Positions 27,679 through 37,484 of a DNA stretch of 64,000 nucleotides are shown here, one piece after another. The notes below the pieces were generated by a model that saw only the letters and a program-made list of their open reading frames with translations, did no database searches and was not told where the DNA came from. Origin of the DNA: an uncultured Gemmatimonadales bacterium (GTDB taxonomy: Bacteria > Gemmatimonadota > Gemmatimonadetes > Longimicrobiales > RSA9). Where the stretch lies: assembly GCA_963798845.1 (NCBI GenBank), contig CAWCUS010000005.1:135572-199571 (forward strand), read 5' to 3'. Both the position numbers and the translations under genes were made by a program. Within the stretch, counting starts at the first letter, position 1, and each line of letters begins with the position of its first letter.

Positions 27679-29340
27679 TCAGCCCGCTTGCAGCAGCTCC
27701 CTGGCGTGGTCGAGGCTCGTGACGCTTTCCGGGTCTCCGCCGAGCATGCGGGCCAGCTCCCGGACCCTGGAATCGCCCTGCAGCTCATCCAGCATCGTGC
27801 GAGTGGTCCCGCCCGCTTCCGCTTTGCGCACGAGAAGGTGGTGGTCGGCGCGGGACGCGATCTGGGCAAGGTGGGTGATGGCGAAAACCTGGTGCTCCCG
27901 AGCCACCTCTGCGAGCTGGGCCCCCACCTGGGCCGCCACCTTCCCGCCGATGCCCACGTCGATCTCGTCGAACACGAGCGTGGCAACGGCGTCCACCCGG
28001 GCGAGGATCGTCTTGAGCGCAAGCATGATCCGCGAGAGCTCGCCGCCCGACGCGACCCGAGCCAGCGGTTGCGGCTCGAAGCCGACGTTGACCGTGACCA
28101 GGAACTCGACGCGCTCCGCCCCGTGGCGGCCCGGCTCGGGGAGCGTGATCAGCCGCACCTCGAAGCGCGCCCCTTCGAGGCCCAGCCCGGGAAGCTCAGC
28201 CTCCACTTCCGCCGCCAGACGGGCGCCGGCGCGGCGCCGCGCCCGGGTCAGCCCGGTGGTCAGCTCACGGAAGCGCTCGTCGGCTTCGGCCACGCGACGC
28301 TCGAGCGCCGCCTGCTCGAACGACGCGCCCTCGAGCAGGTCCAGCTCATCGCGGGCCGCCCGCCCCGCGTCCACCACGTCCTCGAGCGTGGGGCCGTATC
28401 TCGCTTTCAAGCGGTAGAGCAGATCCTGCCTGCGTTGGATGGCGTCGAGCCGGGACGGGTCGTGCTCCACGGTACTGGCGTAGTCGCCCATCCTCCGCCC
28501 GAGCTCCTCCACGTTGTAGTACGCCGTTTCGAGGAGCTCGCGCGCCGCCTCCTGGCCGCCGTCGATCCGGATCAGCTGGTCGAGCGTGCGCCGGAGGCCT
28601 CCGAGCACGTCCGCCACAGAGCGCTCGCCTTCGTAGAGCGCGTCCCGCAACAACTCCGAAAGATGGGCCAGCTCCTCCGCGTTCTCGAGCCGACGGCTCT
28701 CTTCGTCCAGCCGCACCTCGTCGCCCGGATCCACGCCGGCGCTCTCGATCTCGTCAGCCTGGACGCGGAGGAAGTCGGCGCGCTGCTCCACTTCCCGGCG
28801 GCGCGCCTCCAGCGAGGCCAGCGCCTCACGGGCGTCCTGCAGCTCCTCGTATGCGGCGCCTACCTGCTCCGCCCGTCCCTCTTCGCCGGCGAACGCGTCC
28901 AGGATGTCCCGCTGCGGCTCGGTGCTCAGCAGTGCCTGGTGCTCGTGCTGGCCGTGGAGGTCGACCAGTCGACCTCCCAGACTGCCGACCAGGGAAGCCG
29001 TGCTGGCCGCGCCATTCACCCACGCCCGGTTCCGCCCCTCCGCGGCCACCTCGCGCCGGAGGATGAGCAGCCCGTCCTCCGCCTCGAGCCCCTGCCTCTC
29101 GAGGAGCGCCGCGATGTCCTTGCGTCCGGCCACGTCGAACACCCCTTCCACGACCGCGCGCTCGGCACCGGCGCGCACCGTCTCCACCGAAGCGCGCTCG
29201 CCCAGCAGGAGCGAGAGCGCGCCGACGATGATGGACTTCCCCGCCCCGGTCTCACCCGTGAGGACGGTCAGGCCCGGCTTCAAGGGGACGGAGAGGCGTT
29301 CGATGACCGCGAAATTCTCGATCCGGAGCTCGATGAGCAT
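27679..29340 (-). CDS. recN: DNA repair protein RecN
   Basis: 553-aa protein beginning MLIELRIENFAVIERLSVPLKPGLTVLTGETGAGKSIIVGALSLLLGERAS. It has an SMC-like coiled coil and the C-terminal motif SGGELSRIMLALK. Confidence 0.92.
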   Translation of the reverse strand: MLIELRIENFAVIERLSVPLKPGLTVLTGETGAGKSIIVGALSLLLGERASVETVRAGAERAVVEGVFDVAGRKDIAALLERQGLEAEDGLLILRREVAAEGRNRAWVNGAASTASLVGSLGGRLVDLHGQHEHQALLSTEPQRDILDAFAGEEGRAEQVGAAYEELQDAREALASLEARRREVEQRADFLRVQADEIESAGVDPGDEVRLDEESRRLENAEELAHLSELLRDALYEGERSVADVLGGLRRTLDQLIRIDGGQEAARELLETAYYNVEELGRRMGDYASTVEHDPSRLDAIQRRQDLLYRLKARYGPTLEDVVDAGRAARDELDLLEGASFEQAALERRVAEADERFRELTTGLTRARRRAGARLAAEVEAELPGLGLEGARFEVRLITLPEPGRHGAERVEFLVTVNVGFEPQPLARVASGGELSRIMLALKTILARVDAVATLVFDEIDVGIGGKVAAQVGAQLAEVAREHQVFAITHLAQIASRADHHLLVRKAEAGGTTRTMLDELQGDSRVRELARMLGGDPESVTSLDHARELLQAG

Positions 29341-29391
29341 GGGCGATGATAGGCGGCCGGGCCGGGGCAGATCAATGGCTCGGCCGGACGG

Positions 29392-30312
29392 TCATCCCTC
29401 TTCGTCGTCCCACGGTTCGTCCGACGCTCCGTTCCCACGGCCGGCTCCGGCGCCCCAGTGGAGCTTGCGCCGGAGCGTGGAGAAGAAGCTCTGCCCTGCG
29501 AACCGCACGAGGGGAACCGTGGCCCTGCCCCGCTGGACGACCAGCCGATCGCCGTTCACCAGCGCTTCGCCCGCCTGGCCGTCGATGGTCAGCACCACCT
29601 CGGCGTTCGGGTCCCGGATCTCCACCTCCACGCGCGTGTCCGCCGGGAGCACGAGCGGGCGCACCGCGAGCGTGTGCGGCGAGATGGGTGTGGCGAGCAG
29701 GCACTCCATGGACGGTGCGACAATGGCTCCCCCGGCCGACAGTGAGTAGGCGGTCGATCCCGTCGGCGTGGCGACGATGATCCCGTCGGCCGCGTATTCG
29801 CCGACCTCCTCCCGCTCCTCTCCCACGTACACGCCGAGCTGGATCACACGTGCGAAGCCACCCTTGTGCAGCACGGCGTCATTGAGCGCCATGTACTCCG
29901 TGCCCGCGCTCCCGTCCCTTCCAATGACCCTGGCCTGGAGGGTGAACCGGACGTCCAGCCAGTAGTCGCCGCGCGCCAGGTCGTCCAGCGCCTGCTCCAC
30001 TTCCTCCGCCCGGATGGAGGTGAGGAAACCGAGATGACCCATGTTGATGCCCAGGACCGGTGTGTGGTGCACCGCCACCAGCCGGGCGCCCCGGAGCAGC
30101 GTTCCGTCACCGCCGAGGCTCACGAGGAGGTCCATGCGCCCGGGCACGAAGTCACCCGCGGACGAGAACAGGTCGCGGAGCTCGGGCTCGGGGCACAGCT
30201 CGAGCCCCAGTGCCGTCCCGTGTTCGTCCAGCGCGTGCGCCACGCGCTCCAGCCCGGGATCCCGCGTCTGCCCGACGATGCCGATCCGATGGAAGCCCCG
30301 AGAGGACCCCAT
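29392..30312 (-). CDS. nadK: NAD(+) kinase
   Basis: The motif MDLLVSLGGDGTLLRGARLV is present (GGDGT), together with ...NDAVLHKG and ...ATPTGSTAYSLSAGGAIV. The ORF is trimmed to the ATG at 30310-30312, which shares 1 nt with the dxs stop (TGATG). Confidence 0.88.
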   Translation of the reverse strand: MGSSRGFHRIGIVGQTRDPGLERVAHALDEHGTALGLELCPEPELRDLFSSAGDFVPGRMDLLVSLGGDGTLLRGARLVAVHHTPVLGINMGHLGFLTSIRAEEVEQALDDLARGDYWLDVRFTLQARVIGRDGSAGTEYMALNDAVLHKGGFARVIQLGVYVGEEREEVGEYAADGIIVATPTGSTAYSLSAGGAIVAPSMECLLATPISPHTLAVRPLVLPADTRVEVEIRDPNAEVVLTIDGQAGEALVNGDRLVVQRGRATVPLVRFAGQSFFSTLRRKLHWGAGAGRGNGASDEPWDDEEG

Positions 30313-32213
30313 CACGCCGACTCGCGCACGCCGGCCAGGCCCATGCGGACCATGTCCCTGGCCGCTTCCGCGATGCCGTTCGGCGTGAGGCCGACCTCCT
30401 CGAGCTGCTGGGACCGCGCGGCGTGGTCGATGAGCCGGTCCGGGACGCCCATCACCCGGACGCGCGGGCGGGGTGCATCTCGGGACGCCACCCTGGCCGC
30501 GACAGCGGCCCCGAAGCCGTTCACCAGCGCACCCTCCTCCACCGTGACGACCGCCCGGTGGGAGCGGATCGCCCATTCCAGCGTGTCCTCGTCCATCGGC
30601 TTCAGGAACCGGCAGTTGACCACGGACGCGGCGATTCCCTGCTCCGCGAGCGACTCCGCGGCCGCGGCGGCCGGAAGTACCATCGTCCCGGTTGCCAGCA
30701 GGGCGACGTCCGTTCCGCGACGCAGGATCTCCCACGTCCCGAACGGCACGTCCGGGATGTCAGACAGCGCCGGGACGTCGGCGGGTACGGAGTCGCGCGG
30801 ATAGCGGAGCGCGAATGGGCCGTCGGTCCAGGAGACGGCCAGGCGCAGGAGCGCCAGCAGCTCGGCGCCATCTTTGGGTGCCGTGACCACCGTGTTGGGC
30901 ACGGTCAGCAGGTACGCGATGTCGTACAGCCCCATGTGCGTGGGGCCGTCGTTCCCCACGAGCCCTGCCCGGTCCATGGCCAGCACGATGGGGAGCTTCT
31001 GGATCGCGGCATCGTGAACGATGGAATCGTACGCCCGCTGCAGGAAGGTCGAGTAGATCGCAGCCACCGGCTTGAGCCCTTCGGCGGCGAGCCCTGCGGC
31101 GAAGGTGACCCCGTGCCCTTCTGCGATCCCCACGTCGAAGAAGCGATCCGGATACGCATCGGCGAAGGCGGTGGTGCCGGTGCCGTCCGGCATGGCGGCC
31201 GTGATGACGACCAGCTCCGGGACCGTGGCCCCGAGCTCCACCAGCCCGCGCCCGAATACCTTCGTATAGGCGGGGAGCCCCGCCTTCTTCGTCATCTCGC
31301 CGCTGATCTTGTCGAACGGCTTCGCTCCGTGCCACACCACCGGGTCGCGCTCAGCCCGCTCGAATCCCTTCCCCTTCTGCGTCAGGACGTGCACGACGCG
31401 CGGCCCCTGCATGTTCCGGACGTTGCGGAACGTGTCGACGAGCTCACCGAGGTCGTGGCCGTTCACGGGTCCCACGTACCGGAAGCCCATCTCCTCGAAC
31501 AGCATCCCGGCCACGAACATGTTCTTCAGGCTGTCGTCGAGTCGCACGGCCGCCTGCTCCATCCGCTCGGGGAGGAGGTGGATGAACGCCTTCAGGTCCT
31601 CCCGCATTCGATTGTACAGCGGGTTGCTGCGGATCTTGGTCAGGTACTTGTTCATCGCGCCCACGTTCGGCGCGATGGACATGGCATTGTCGTTCAGGAC
31701 CACGATGAGGTCGCGATCCGTGTGCCCGGCGTTGTTGAGCGCCTCGTACGCCATTCCGCTCGTGAGCGCCCCGTCACCGATGACCGCCACCACCTTGTGG
31801 TGCTCGCCCTTGAGGTCCCGGGCCGTGGCCATGCCGAACGCCGCCGAAATGGATGTGGCCGCGTGGCCCGCGCCGAACGTGTCGTAGGGAGACTCGCCCC
31901 GCTTCAGGAACCCGGACAGGCCGCCCCTCTGGCGGATGGTCGAGAAACGCTCGTTCCGCCCCGTCAGGATCTTGTGCGGGTATCCCTGATGGCCGACATC
32001 CCAGACCAGCCGGTCGGTCGGGGTGTCGAACACGTAGTGCAGGGCGATGGTCAGCTCGACGACGCCGAGCCCGGGCGCGAAGTGGCCACCCAGGCGACTG
32101 ATGACGTCCACGAGCCGCTGGCGCACTTCCGCGGCCAGCGGCACGAGGTCTGACGGTTGGAGCCGGCGGATGTCCTCCGGCGTCCGGATCTGCTCCAGCA
32201 GCGACACACCCAC
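30312..32213 (-). CDS. dxs: 1-deoxy-D-xylulose-5-phosphate synthase
   Basis: 633-aa protein with ...GGHFAPGLGVVELTIALHYVFDTPTDRLVWDVGHQGYPHKILTGR and the ThDP motif ...GDGALTSGMAYEALNNAG. It has a GTG start; an alternative GTG lies 2 codons downstream. Confidence 0.92.
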   Translation of the reverse strand: MGVSLLEQIRTPEDIRRLQPSDLVPLAAEVRQRLVDVISRLGGHFAPGLGVVELTIALHYVFDTPTDRLVWDVGHQGYPHKILTGRNERFSTIRQRGGLSGFLKRGESPYDTFGAGHAATSISAAFGMATARDLKGEHHKVVAVIGDGALTSGMAYEALNNAGHTDRDLIVVLNDNAMSIAPNVGAMNKYLTKIRSNPLYNRMREDLKAFIHLLPERMEQAAVRLDDSLKNMFVAGMLFEEMGFRYVGPVNGHDLGELVDTFRNVRNMQGPRVVHVLTQKGKGFERAERDPVVWHGAKPFDKISGEMTKKAGLPAYTKVFGRGLVELGATVPELVVITAAMPDGTGTTAFADAYPDRFFDVGIAEGHGVTFAAGLAAEGLKPVAAIYSTFLQRAYDSIVHDAAIQKLPIVLAMDRAGLVGNDGPTHMGLYDIAYLLTVPNTVVTAPKDGAELLALLRLAVSWTDGPFALRYPRDSVPADVPALSDIPDVPFGTWEILRRGTDVALLATGTMVLPAAAAAESLAEQGIAASVVNCRFLKPMDEDTLEWAIRSHRAVVTVEEGALVNGFGAAVAARVASRDAPRPRVRVMGVPDRLIDHAARSQQLEEVGLTPNGIAEAARDMVRMGLAGVRESA

Positions 32214-32221
32214 CTCCCCGC

Positions 32222-33118
32222 TCAGCGATCCCGTTCCACGGCGTAGCGCGCCAGCGCGGCCAGCTCGTCGGATCGGAGCCCAACCGCCTCCAGCGCCGCC
32301 GCCGCGGCAGCCGACTGCTCCGCCGCCATCGACCGCGCCCGGTCGAGCCCCACGAGCGCCGGGAAGGTGGCTTTGTCCAGCGCCGAGTCCCGGCCGGCCG
32401 TCTTGCCCAGCGTCGCAGTGTCCCCGGTCACGTCCAGAATATCATCCGCGATCTGGAACGCCAGCCCGACGGCCTGCCCATACACGGCCAGCGCATCCAG
32501 CACCACCGGTGCGGCGCCTGCCGTGCGACCGCCGATGGTCGGGGCGGCCGAGAGCAGCGCGCCCGTCTTCAGGCGATGGATCGTCGTCAGGGCTTCCACG
32601 TCCACGGGGCGCCCTTCCGCTGCCAGGTCCAGAAGCTGACCGCCGATCATTCCGCCGCCCCCAGCCGCCTCACACAGCAGTCGCACGACATCGGAGCGGC
32701 CAGCATCATCGAGGCCGAGCTGCCCGGTGGCGCGCTCCGCCACGTTCACCGCGAGCGGGATGAGCGCCGCGCCCGCCAGCGTCGCGGCGGGAACGCCGTG
32801 CAGGACGTGCGTGGCAGCCCGGCCTCGCCGGACCGGGTCGTCGTCCATGGCGGGCAGGTCGTCGTGAACGAGCGAGTAGGTGTGGACCAGCTCCAGCGCG
32901 GCCGCCAGCGTGTAGACAGCCGGGGGGACCTCCGGGCACACGGCGCGATAGGCCGCCACACACAGGATCGGCCGGAGCCGCTTTCCTTCCGACGACACGG
33001 CGTAGCGGATCGCTTCTCCCACCGCCCCGGACGCTGCCGCCACCATCGGGATGGCGGCAATCGCCTCGTCGACCCGGTCGCGCTCTGCCGCGAGAAACGA
33101 GTCGAGCGAGAACCTCAC
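32222..33118 (-). CDS. ispA: Polyprenyl (farnesyl/geranylgeranyl) diphosphate synthase
   Basis: 298-aa protein. It carries the two Asp-rich motifs LVHDDLPAMDDDPVRRG and FQIADDILD. The GTG start overlaps the xseB stop. Confidence 0.88.
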   Translation of the reverse strand: MRFSLDSFLAAERDRVDEAIAAIPMVAAASGAVGEAIRYAVSSEGKRLRPILCVAAYRAVCPEVPPAVYTLAAALELVHTYSLVHDDLPAMDDDPVRRGRAATHVLHGVPAATLAGAALIPLAVNVAERATGQLGLDDAGRSDVVRLLCEAAGGGGMIGGQLLDLAAEGRPVDVEALTTIHRLKTGALLSAAPTIGGRTAGAAPVVLDALAVYGQAVGLAFQIADDILDVTGDTATLGKTAGRDSALDKATFPALVGLDRARSMAAEQSAAAAAALEAVGLRSDELAALARYAVERDR

Positions 33119-33354
33119 TCCTCGGCCGGCTCCGCTTCCACCGCCACAGTCCCGTCCATGTCCACGACCAGGGTCTCCACCCGGAGCCGCGTGCGCTCCA
33201 TGACGGCGTACGCCTCGCGCACGTGGGTCACCCCTTCCTCGAAGAGGTCAAGCGCCTCCTGGAGCTCGAGATCGTCCTGCTCCAGCCGATCGACGATGAC
33301 CTCCAGCCTCCGAAGCCGGGACTCGACGCCTTCCGCTCGCTCTTCCTCACTCAT
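33115..33354 (-). CDS. xseB: Exodeoxyribonuclease VII small subunit
   Basis: 79-aa protein containing RLRRLEVIVDRLEQDDLELQEALDLFEEGVTHVREAYAVME. It is positioned between xseA and ispA. Confidence 0.85.
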   Translation of the reverse strand: MSEEERAEGVESRLRRLEVIVDRLEQDDLELQEALDLFEEGVTHVREAYAVMERTRLRVETLVVDMDGTVAVEAEPAEE

Positions 33355-34558
33355 TCGTCACCCTCTCCGCCACGCAGTCCACGCGCCCGTCCGCCACCCG
33401 CAGCCGGAATCGCCCCCCCACCTCGAAGTCGGAAGCCCGCCGGAGAACGCGCCCGTCCTCGCCCTGGGCCACGGCGTAGCCGCGCTTCAGGGCCGAGAGC
33501 GGCGACAGCGCCTCCAGCTTGTCGGCGCAGCGGGCGAGGGCGGCCGCGCGCCGCACCAGCAGCATCTCCACGCTGGCGGTCATGGCGTGCGCCAGGTCCT
33601 GCACGTCCGAGGCCCGCCCGACGACCAGCCGTCGCAGCGCCCCCGCCAGGCGCACCCGCGCCGTGGCCACCTGTCGCCGCAGGTCGGCGCCGTCCAGGAC
33701 CACCCGCTCCGCCGCCGCTGACGGCGTGGCCGCGCGAGCATCTGCCACCAGGTCGGCGATGGTCACGTCCACCTCGTGTCCGATCGCGCTCACGACCGGC
33801 ACCGGGCACCGTACGATGGCGCGCGCGACCTCTTCCCGGTTGAACGCCCACAGGTCCTCCACCGAGCCCCCGCCACGTCCCACGATGATGACGTCGACGC
33901 GGCCGTACTCCGCCAGGCGGTCCAGCGCGGCCGCGATCTCCGCCTCGGCGCCGTCGCCCTGGACCCGGGCAGGGCTCAGCACCACCGTCGTCCACGGCGC
34001 CCGCTGCTCGATCACGCGCAGCACGTCGTGGATCGCCGCTCCGACCGGAGAAGTCACCACGCCCACCCGCGCCGGGCTGCGCGGCAACGGCCGCTTCCGC
34101 TCGGGGGCGAGCAGCCCTTCCCCTTCCAGCTTGTCACGGAGCCTCTCGAACGCCAGCCGCCACAGCCCGCCGGCGTCGCGGGCTTCCAACTCCCGCACCA
34201 CCAGCTGATAGTCGCCTCTGGCCTCGTACAGCGTCACGGTGCCGAACGCCCGGACGCGCATCCCCTCCTCCGGCTCCGCGGGGAGGCGCCTTGCGTCCCC
34301 GCTGAAGAGGACGCAGCGCACCTGAGCTTCCGCATCGCGCAGCGAGAAATAGCAATGACCCCGAGAGGAGCGCTTCCAGTTCGACACTTCGCCGCTCACC
34401 CACAGCGGCGGCAGCGAGGTGTCCAGCAGCTCCCGGATGAGTCGGTTCAGGCCACTGACGGTGTAGGCGACGCGGGGCTCGCCTGCCCCCGCGTCGCCCG
34501 GCGGCCGGGTCTGGCGCTCGGCCTCGGCGGCCGCGAACAGGTCCAGCGTGCCGCTCAC
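33347..34558 (-). CDS. xseA: Exodeoxyribonuclease VII large subunit
   Basis: 403-aa protein with ...YTVSGLNRLIRELLDTSLPPLWVSGEVSNWKRSSRGHCYFSLRD... and ...VGVVTSPVGAAIHDVL.... The GTG start overlaps the folD stop. Confidence 0.9.
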   Translation of the reverse strand: MSGTLDLFAAAEAERQTRPPGDAGAGEPRVAYTVSGLNRLIRELLDTSLPPLWVSGEVSNWKRSSRGHCYFSLRDAEAQVRCVLFSGDARRLPAEPEEGMRVRAFGTVTLYEARGDYQLVVRELEARDAGGLWRLAFERLRDKLEGEGLLAPERKRPLPRSPARVGVVTSPVGAAIHDVLRVIEQRAPWTTVVLSPARVQGDGAEAEIAAALDRLAEYGRVDVIIVGRGGGSVEDLWAFNREEVARAIVRCPVPVVSAIGHEVDVTIADLVADARAATPSAAAERVVLDGADLRRQVATARVRLAGALRRLVVGRASDVQDLAHAMTASVEMLLVRRAAALARCADKLEALSPLSALKRGYAVAQGEDGRVLRRASDFEVGGRFRLRVADGRVDCVAERVTNE

Positions 34559-35472
34559 GTCGCGCCCGCACCCTCCGGCACGCGGCCTGCCGCCGCGGAC
34601 CGCCTGGCCGCTTCCAGTGTGTTCTTGAGCAGCATCGTGATCGTCATGGGCCCGACGCCGCCGGGAACCGGCGTGATCGCTTCGGCCACCTCTGCCACGG
34701 CATCGTAATCCACGTCGCCGATCCAGCGGTAGCCGCGCTCGTCGCTCGCGTCGTCGATGCGGTTCGAGCCCACGTCGATGACCACGACACCGGGCCTCAC
34801 CATGTCCCGCGTCACCGTGTTCGGCCGACCTACCGCCGCGACGATGATGTCCGCCCGGCGAGTCATCGCGGCCAGGTCGGCGGTCCGGCTGTGGGCCACC
34901 GTGACGGTGGCGTCACCGCCCCGGCCCTTCCGGAGCAGGAGCAGCGCGAGCGGCTTGCCCACGATGTTGGAGCGGCCGACCACCACCACGTTCTTCCCCT
35001 TCGGGTCGTAGCCGTTCCGCACCAGCATCTCGACGATCCCGGCGGGCGTGCAGGGGGCCAGCACGTTCGGATCGCCGACGGCGAGGCGCCCCACGTTCAC
35101 CGGGTGGAAGCCGTCCACGTCCTTGGCCGGATCGATGGCCTCGATGATGGCGTCCTCATCGATCTGCGGCGGCAGCGGGAGCTGCACCAGGATTCCGTGG
35201 ATCTCCGGGTCCGCGTTCAGCCCTTCCACGAGGCCCAGCAGCTCGTCGTGGGGCGTGTCTCCGGGGAGCGTGATCTGTCGCGAGTAGAAGCTCGCCGCGT
35301 CGGCGGCTTTCCCCTTCATGCGGACGTACTGGTGGCTGGCCGGGTCGTCCCCCACCAGCACCGTGGCCAGCCCGGGCTTCACGCCGGTCCTGGCCGTGAA
35401 CGCCTCCGCATCCTGGCGGATCTCCTCGCGCATCTCCTTCGCGAGGGCCCGCCCATCTATGATCTTCGCCAT
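34555..35472 (-). CDS. folD: Bifunctional methylenetetrahydrofolate dehydrogenase / methenyl-THF cyclohydrolase
   Basis: 305-aa protein beginning MAKIIDGRALAKEMREEIRQDAEAF. It also contains ...PGLATVLVGDDPASHQYVRMKGKAA, ...ILVQLPLP and ...VVVVGRSNIVGKPLALLL. Confidence 0.92.
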   Translation of the reverse strand: MAKIIDGRALAKEMREEIRQDAEAFTARTGVKPGLATVLVGDDPASHQYVRMKGKAADAASFYSRQITLPGDTPHDELLGLVEGLNADPEIHGILVQLPLPPQIDEDAIIEAIDPAKDVDGFHPVNVGRLAVGDPNVLAPCTPAGIVEMLVRNGYDPKGKNVVVVGRSNIVGKPLALLLLRKGRGGDATVTVAHSRTADLAAMTRRADIIVAAVGRPNTVTRDMVRPGVVVIDVGSNRIDDASDERGYRWIGDVDYDAVAEVAEAITPVPGGVGPMTITMLLKNTLEAARRSAAAGRVPEGAGAT

Positions 35473-35494
35473 GAATCGTCGGTTTCGGGTTGTG

Positions 35495-37051
35495 TCAGCG
35501 CGCGAAGTCCACCGCGCGCGTCTCCCGGATCACCACCACCTTGATCTGACCCGGGTACTGAAGCTCTTCCTCGAGCTTGCGAGCGATCTTCTCGCTAAGC
35601 TGTGCCATTTCCTCATCGCGCGCCTGCTCCGGGTCCACCATCACCCGGATCTCCCGACCCGCCTGGATCGCGAAGCAGCGCTCCACGCCATCGAAACCCT
35701 GCGCGATCTCCTCGAGCTTCTCCAGCCGCTTCACGTACGTCTCGAACATCTCTCGCCGGGCGCCCGGTCGGGCGCCGCTGATGGCGTCCGCGGCCGTGAC
35801 CAGGAACGTTTCCGGGTACCGGTGCGGCTCCTCGTCATGGTGCGCCCTGATGGCGTTCAGCACCTGGTCCGGCTCGCCGTGCCGGCGGCACAGTTCCCAG
35901 CCCAGCTCCACGTGCGTCCCCTCGTGCTCGTGCGTCAGCCCTTTCCCGACGTCGTGCAGAAGCCCCATGCGTTTCGCCATGGTGGCGTCCAACCCCATCT
36001 CGAGGGCCATGTTCCCCGCCAGCACGGCCACCTCCTTCGAGTGCAGCAGCTGGTTCTGCCCGTATGAGGTGCGGAACTTGAGGCGCCCGAGCACCTTGAT
36101 GATCTCCGGGGCCACCCCGTGGACGCCGAGGTCGTAGAGCGTCTCCTCAGCGGCGAGGATCATCGCCTCCTCGACCTCCTTCTGGCTCTTCTCCACCACC
36201 TCCTCGATCCGGCCGGGGTGGATCCGGCCATCGGCCACCAGCTTTTCCAGCGCGATCCTCGCCGTCTCCCGTCGCACCGGATCGAAGCCGGACAGGATCA
36301 CCGCCTCCGGTGTGTCGTCGATGATCACATCGATGCCGGTCGCCTGCTCGAACGCCCGGATGTTCCGCCCCTCACGCCCGATGATCCGCCCCTTCATTTC
36401 GTCGGACGGCAGGCTGACCACGCTCACCACGCTCTCCGCCGTATGGTCGGCGGCGATCCGCTGGATGGCCAGCCCGATGATGTTCTTCGCCTCCCGCTCC
36501 GCGTCCCGCTTCGCCACTTCCCGGATTTCGCGCAGCGTGTTCGCTGCCTCTGCCCTCGCCTCGTCCTCGAGCGCGGCGACCAGCTGCTTCTTCGCCTCCG
36601 CGGCCGACATTCCCGCAAGCGCCTCCAGCTTCGCCCGCGCCTCGCGCTCCCGCTGGCGCAGCTCCTCGTCGGCCTGCTCCAGCGTCTTCGCCTGCGCCGC
36701 GACGCCCCGCTCCCGTTGCTCGAGCGCCCGCTCCTTCTCCTCCAGCGCGTCGAACTTCCGGTCCAGGCTGGTGCGACGCGCGTCCACTCGACTCTCCGCC
36801 CGCTCCAGCTCCTCGCGGCGACGACCCTCCTCGCGCTCCCACGCCTCCCGCGTCTGCACCGCCGCCTCACGCCCCTCGATCTCCGCCGCCTTTCGGGTGC
36901 GCTCGGCATCCTCTGCGGCCGTGCGACGGATCCGCTCCGCCTCTTCCTCGGCACCGGCCCGGGCGCTGCGCAGACGCATGCGCTCGCCGAGCCAGCCGAT
37001 CAGCAGGCCAACGGCGGCGGCCACGACCGCCACCAGGAACAGGTTGTTCAT
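35495..37051 (-). CDS. rny: Ribonuclease Y
   Basis: There is an N-terminal TM helix (MNNLFLVAVVAAAVGLLIGWL) and a Glu/Arg/Ala coiled coil. The KH domain is marked by MKGRIIGREGRNIRAFE and the HD domain by LLHDVGK...HHD. The ORF is trimmed to the ATG at 37049-37051, preceded by GGAG. Confidence 0.9.
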   Translation of the reverse strand: MNNLFLVAVVAAAVGLLIGWLGERMRLRSARAGAEEEAERIRRTAAEDAERTRKAAEIEGREAAVQTREAWEREEGRRREELERAESRVDARRTSLDRKFDALEEKERALEQRERGVAAQAKTLEQADEELRQREREARAKLEALAGMSAAEAKKQLVAALEDEARAEAANTLREIREVAKRDAEREAKNIIGLAIQRIAADHTAESVVSVVSLPSDEMKGRIIGREGRNIRAFEQATGIDVIIDDTPEAVILSGFDPVRRETARIALEKLVADGRIHPGRIEEVVEKSQKEVEEAMILAAEETLYDLGVHGVAPEIIKVLGRLKFRTSYGQNQLLHSKEVAVLAGNMALEMGLDATMAKRMGLLHDVGKGLTHEHEGTHVELGWELCRRHGEPDQVLNAIRAHHDEEPHRYPETFLVTAADAISGARPGARREMFETYVKRLEKLEEIAQGFDGVERCFAIQAGREIRVMVDPEQARDEEMAQLSEKIARKLEEELQYPGQIKVVVIRETRAVDFAR

Positions 37052-37169
37052 ATGGACGACTCCAGGAAAGGCGCCATGACGCGCCTCGGAAGGCAATCAC
37101 TCGGTGTCCCCGGCGACGCAGCCGGCGACCCGACAGACCCACTGCCGCAGGGTGAAAAGCTAGGACGTC

Positions 37170-37484
37170 TCAGTCGGCGGATGCAACCCCGGACGCGGGC
37201 GCTCGGCGCTCGATCTCTTCCAGCAGACGCGCTGATTTTCGGCTCAGCGCCTCCTCCAGCACCTCCACACCTCGCCTGGCCTGGAGCAGCTGGTCCGCCA
37301 GCGCGAGCGCCGCCAGGATCGCCGCCTTGTGCACCTCGACCAGGCTCCCCTGCGACATGATCTCCGCCAGCGTCTCGTTCACGCACCGTGCGCACTCGCG
37401 CGTGTACTCCTGACTCGCGTGGGACCGGATCGTGTACTCCTCGCCCGCGATCTCCACGGTGGTGACCGTCCGCTCGCCCGTCAC
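37170..37484 (-). CDS. zapA: Cell division protein ZapA
   Basis: 104-aa protein containing VEIAGEEYTIRSHASQEYTRECARCVNETLAEI...AAILAALALADQLL. Its position downstream of pheST matches the known synteny. Confidence 0.8.
   Translation of the reverse strand: MTGERTVTTVEIAGEEYTIRSHASQEYTRECARCVNETLAEIMSQGSLVEVHKAAILAALALADQLLQARRGVEVLEEALSRKSARLLEEIERRAPASGVASAD

Noticed and set aside
37052-37169. A possible 6S RNA (ssrS) downstream of zapA, as in E. coli, where zapA is followed by ssrS.
   Set aside because: The spacer is only 118 nt, and it is occupied by a small hairpin plus the rny RBS. That is too short for a ~180-nt 6S RNA, and no long interrupted helix is visible.
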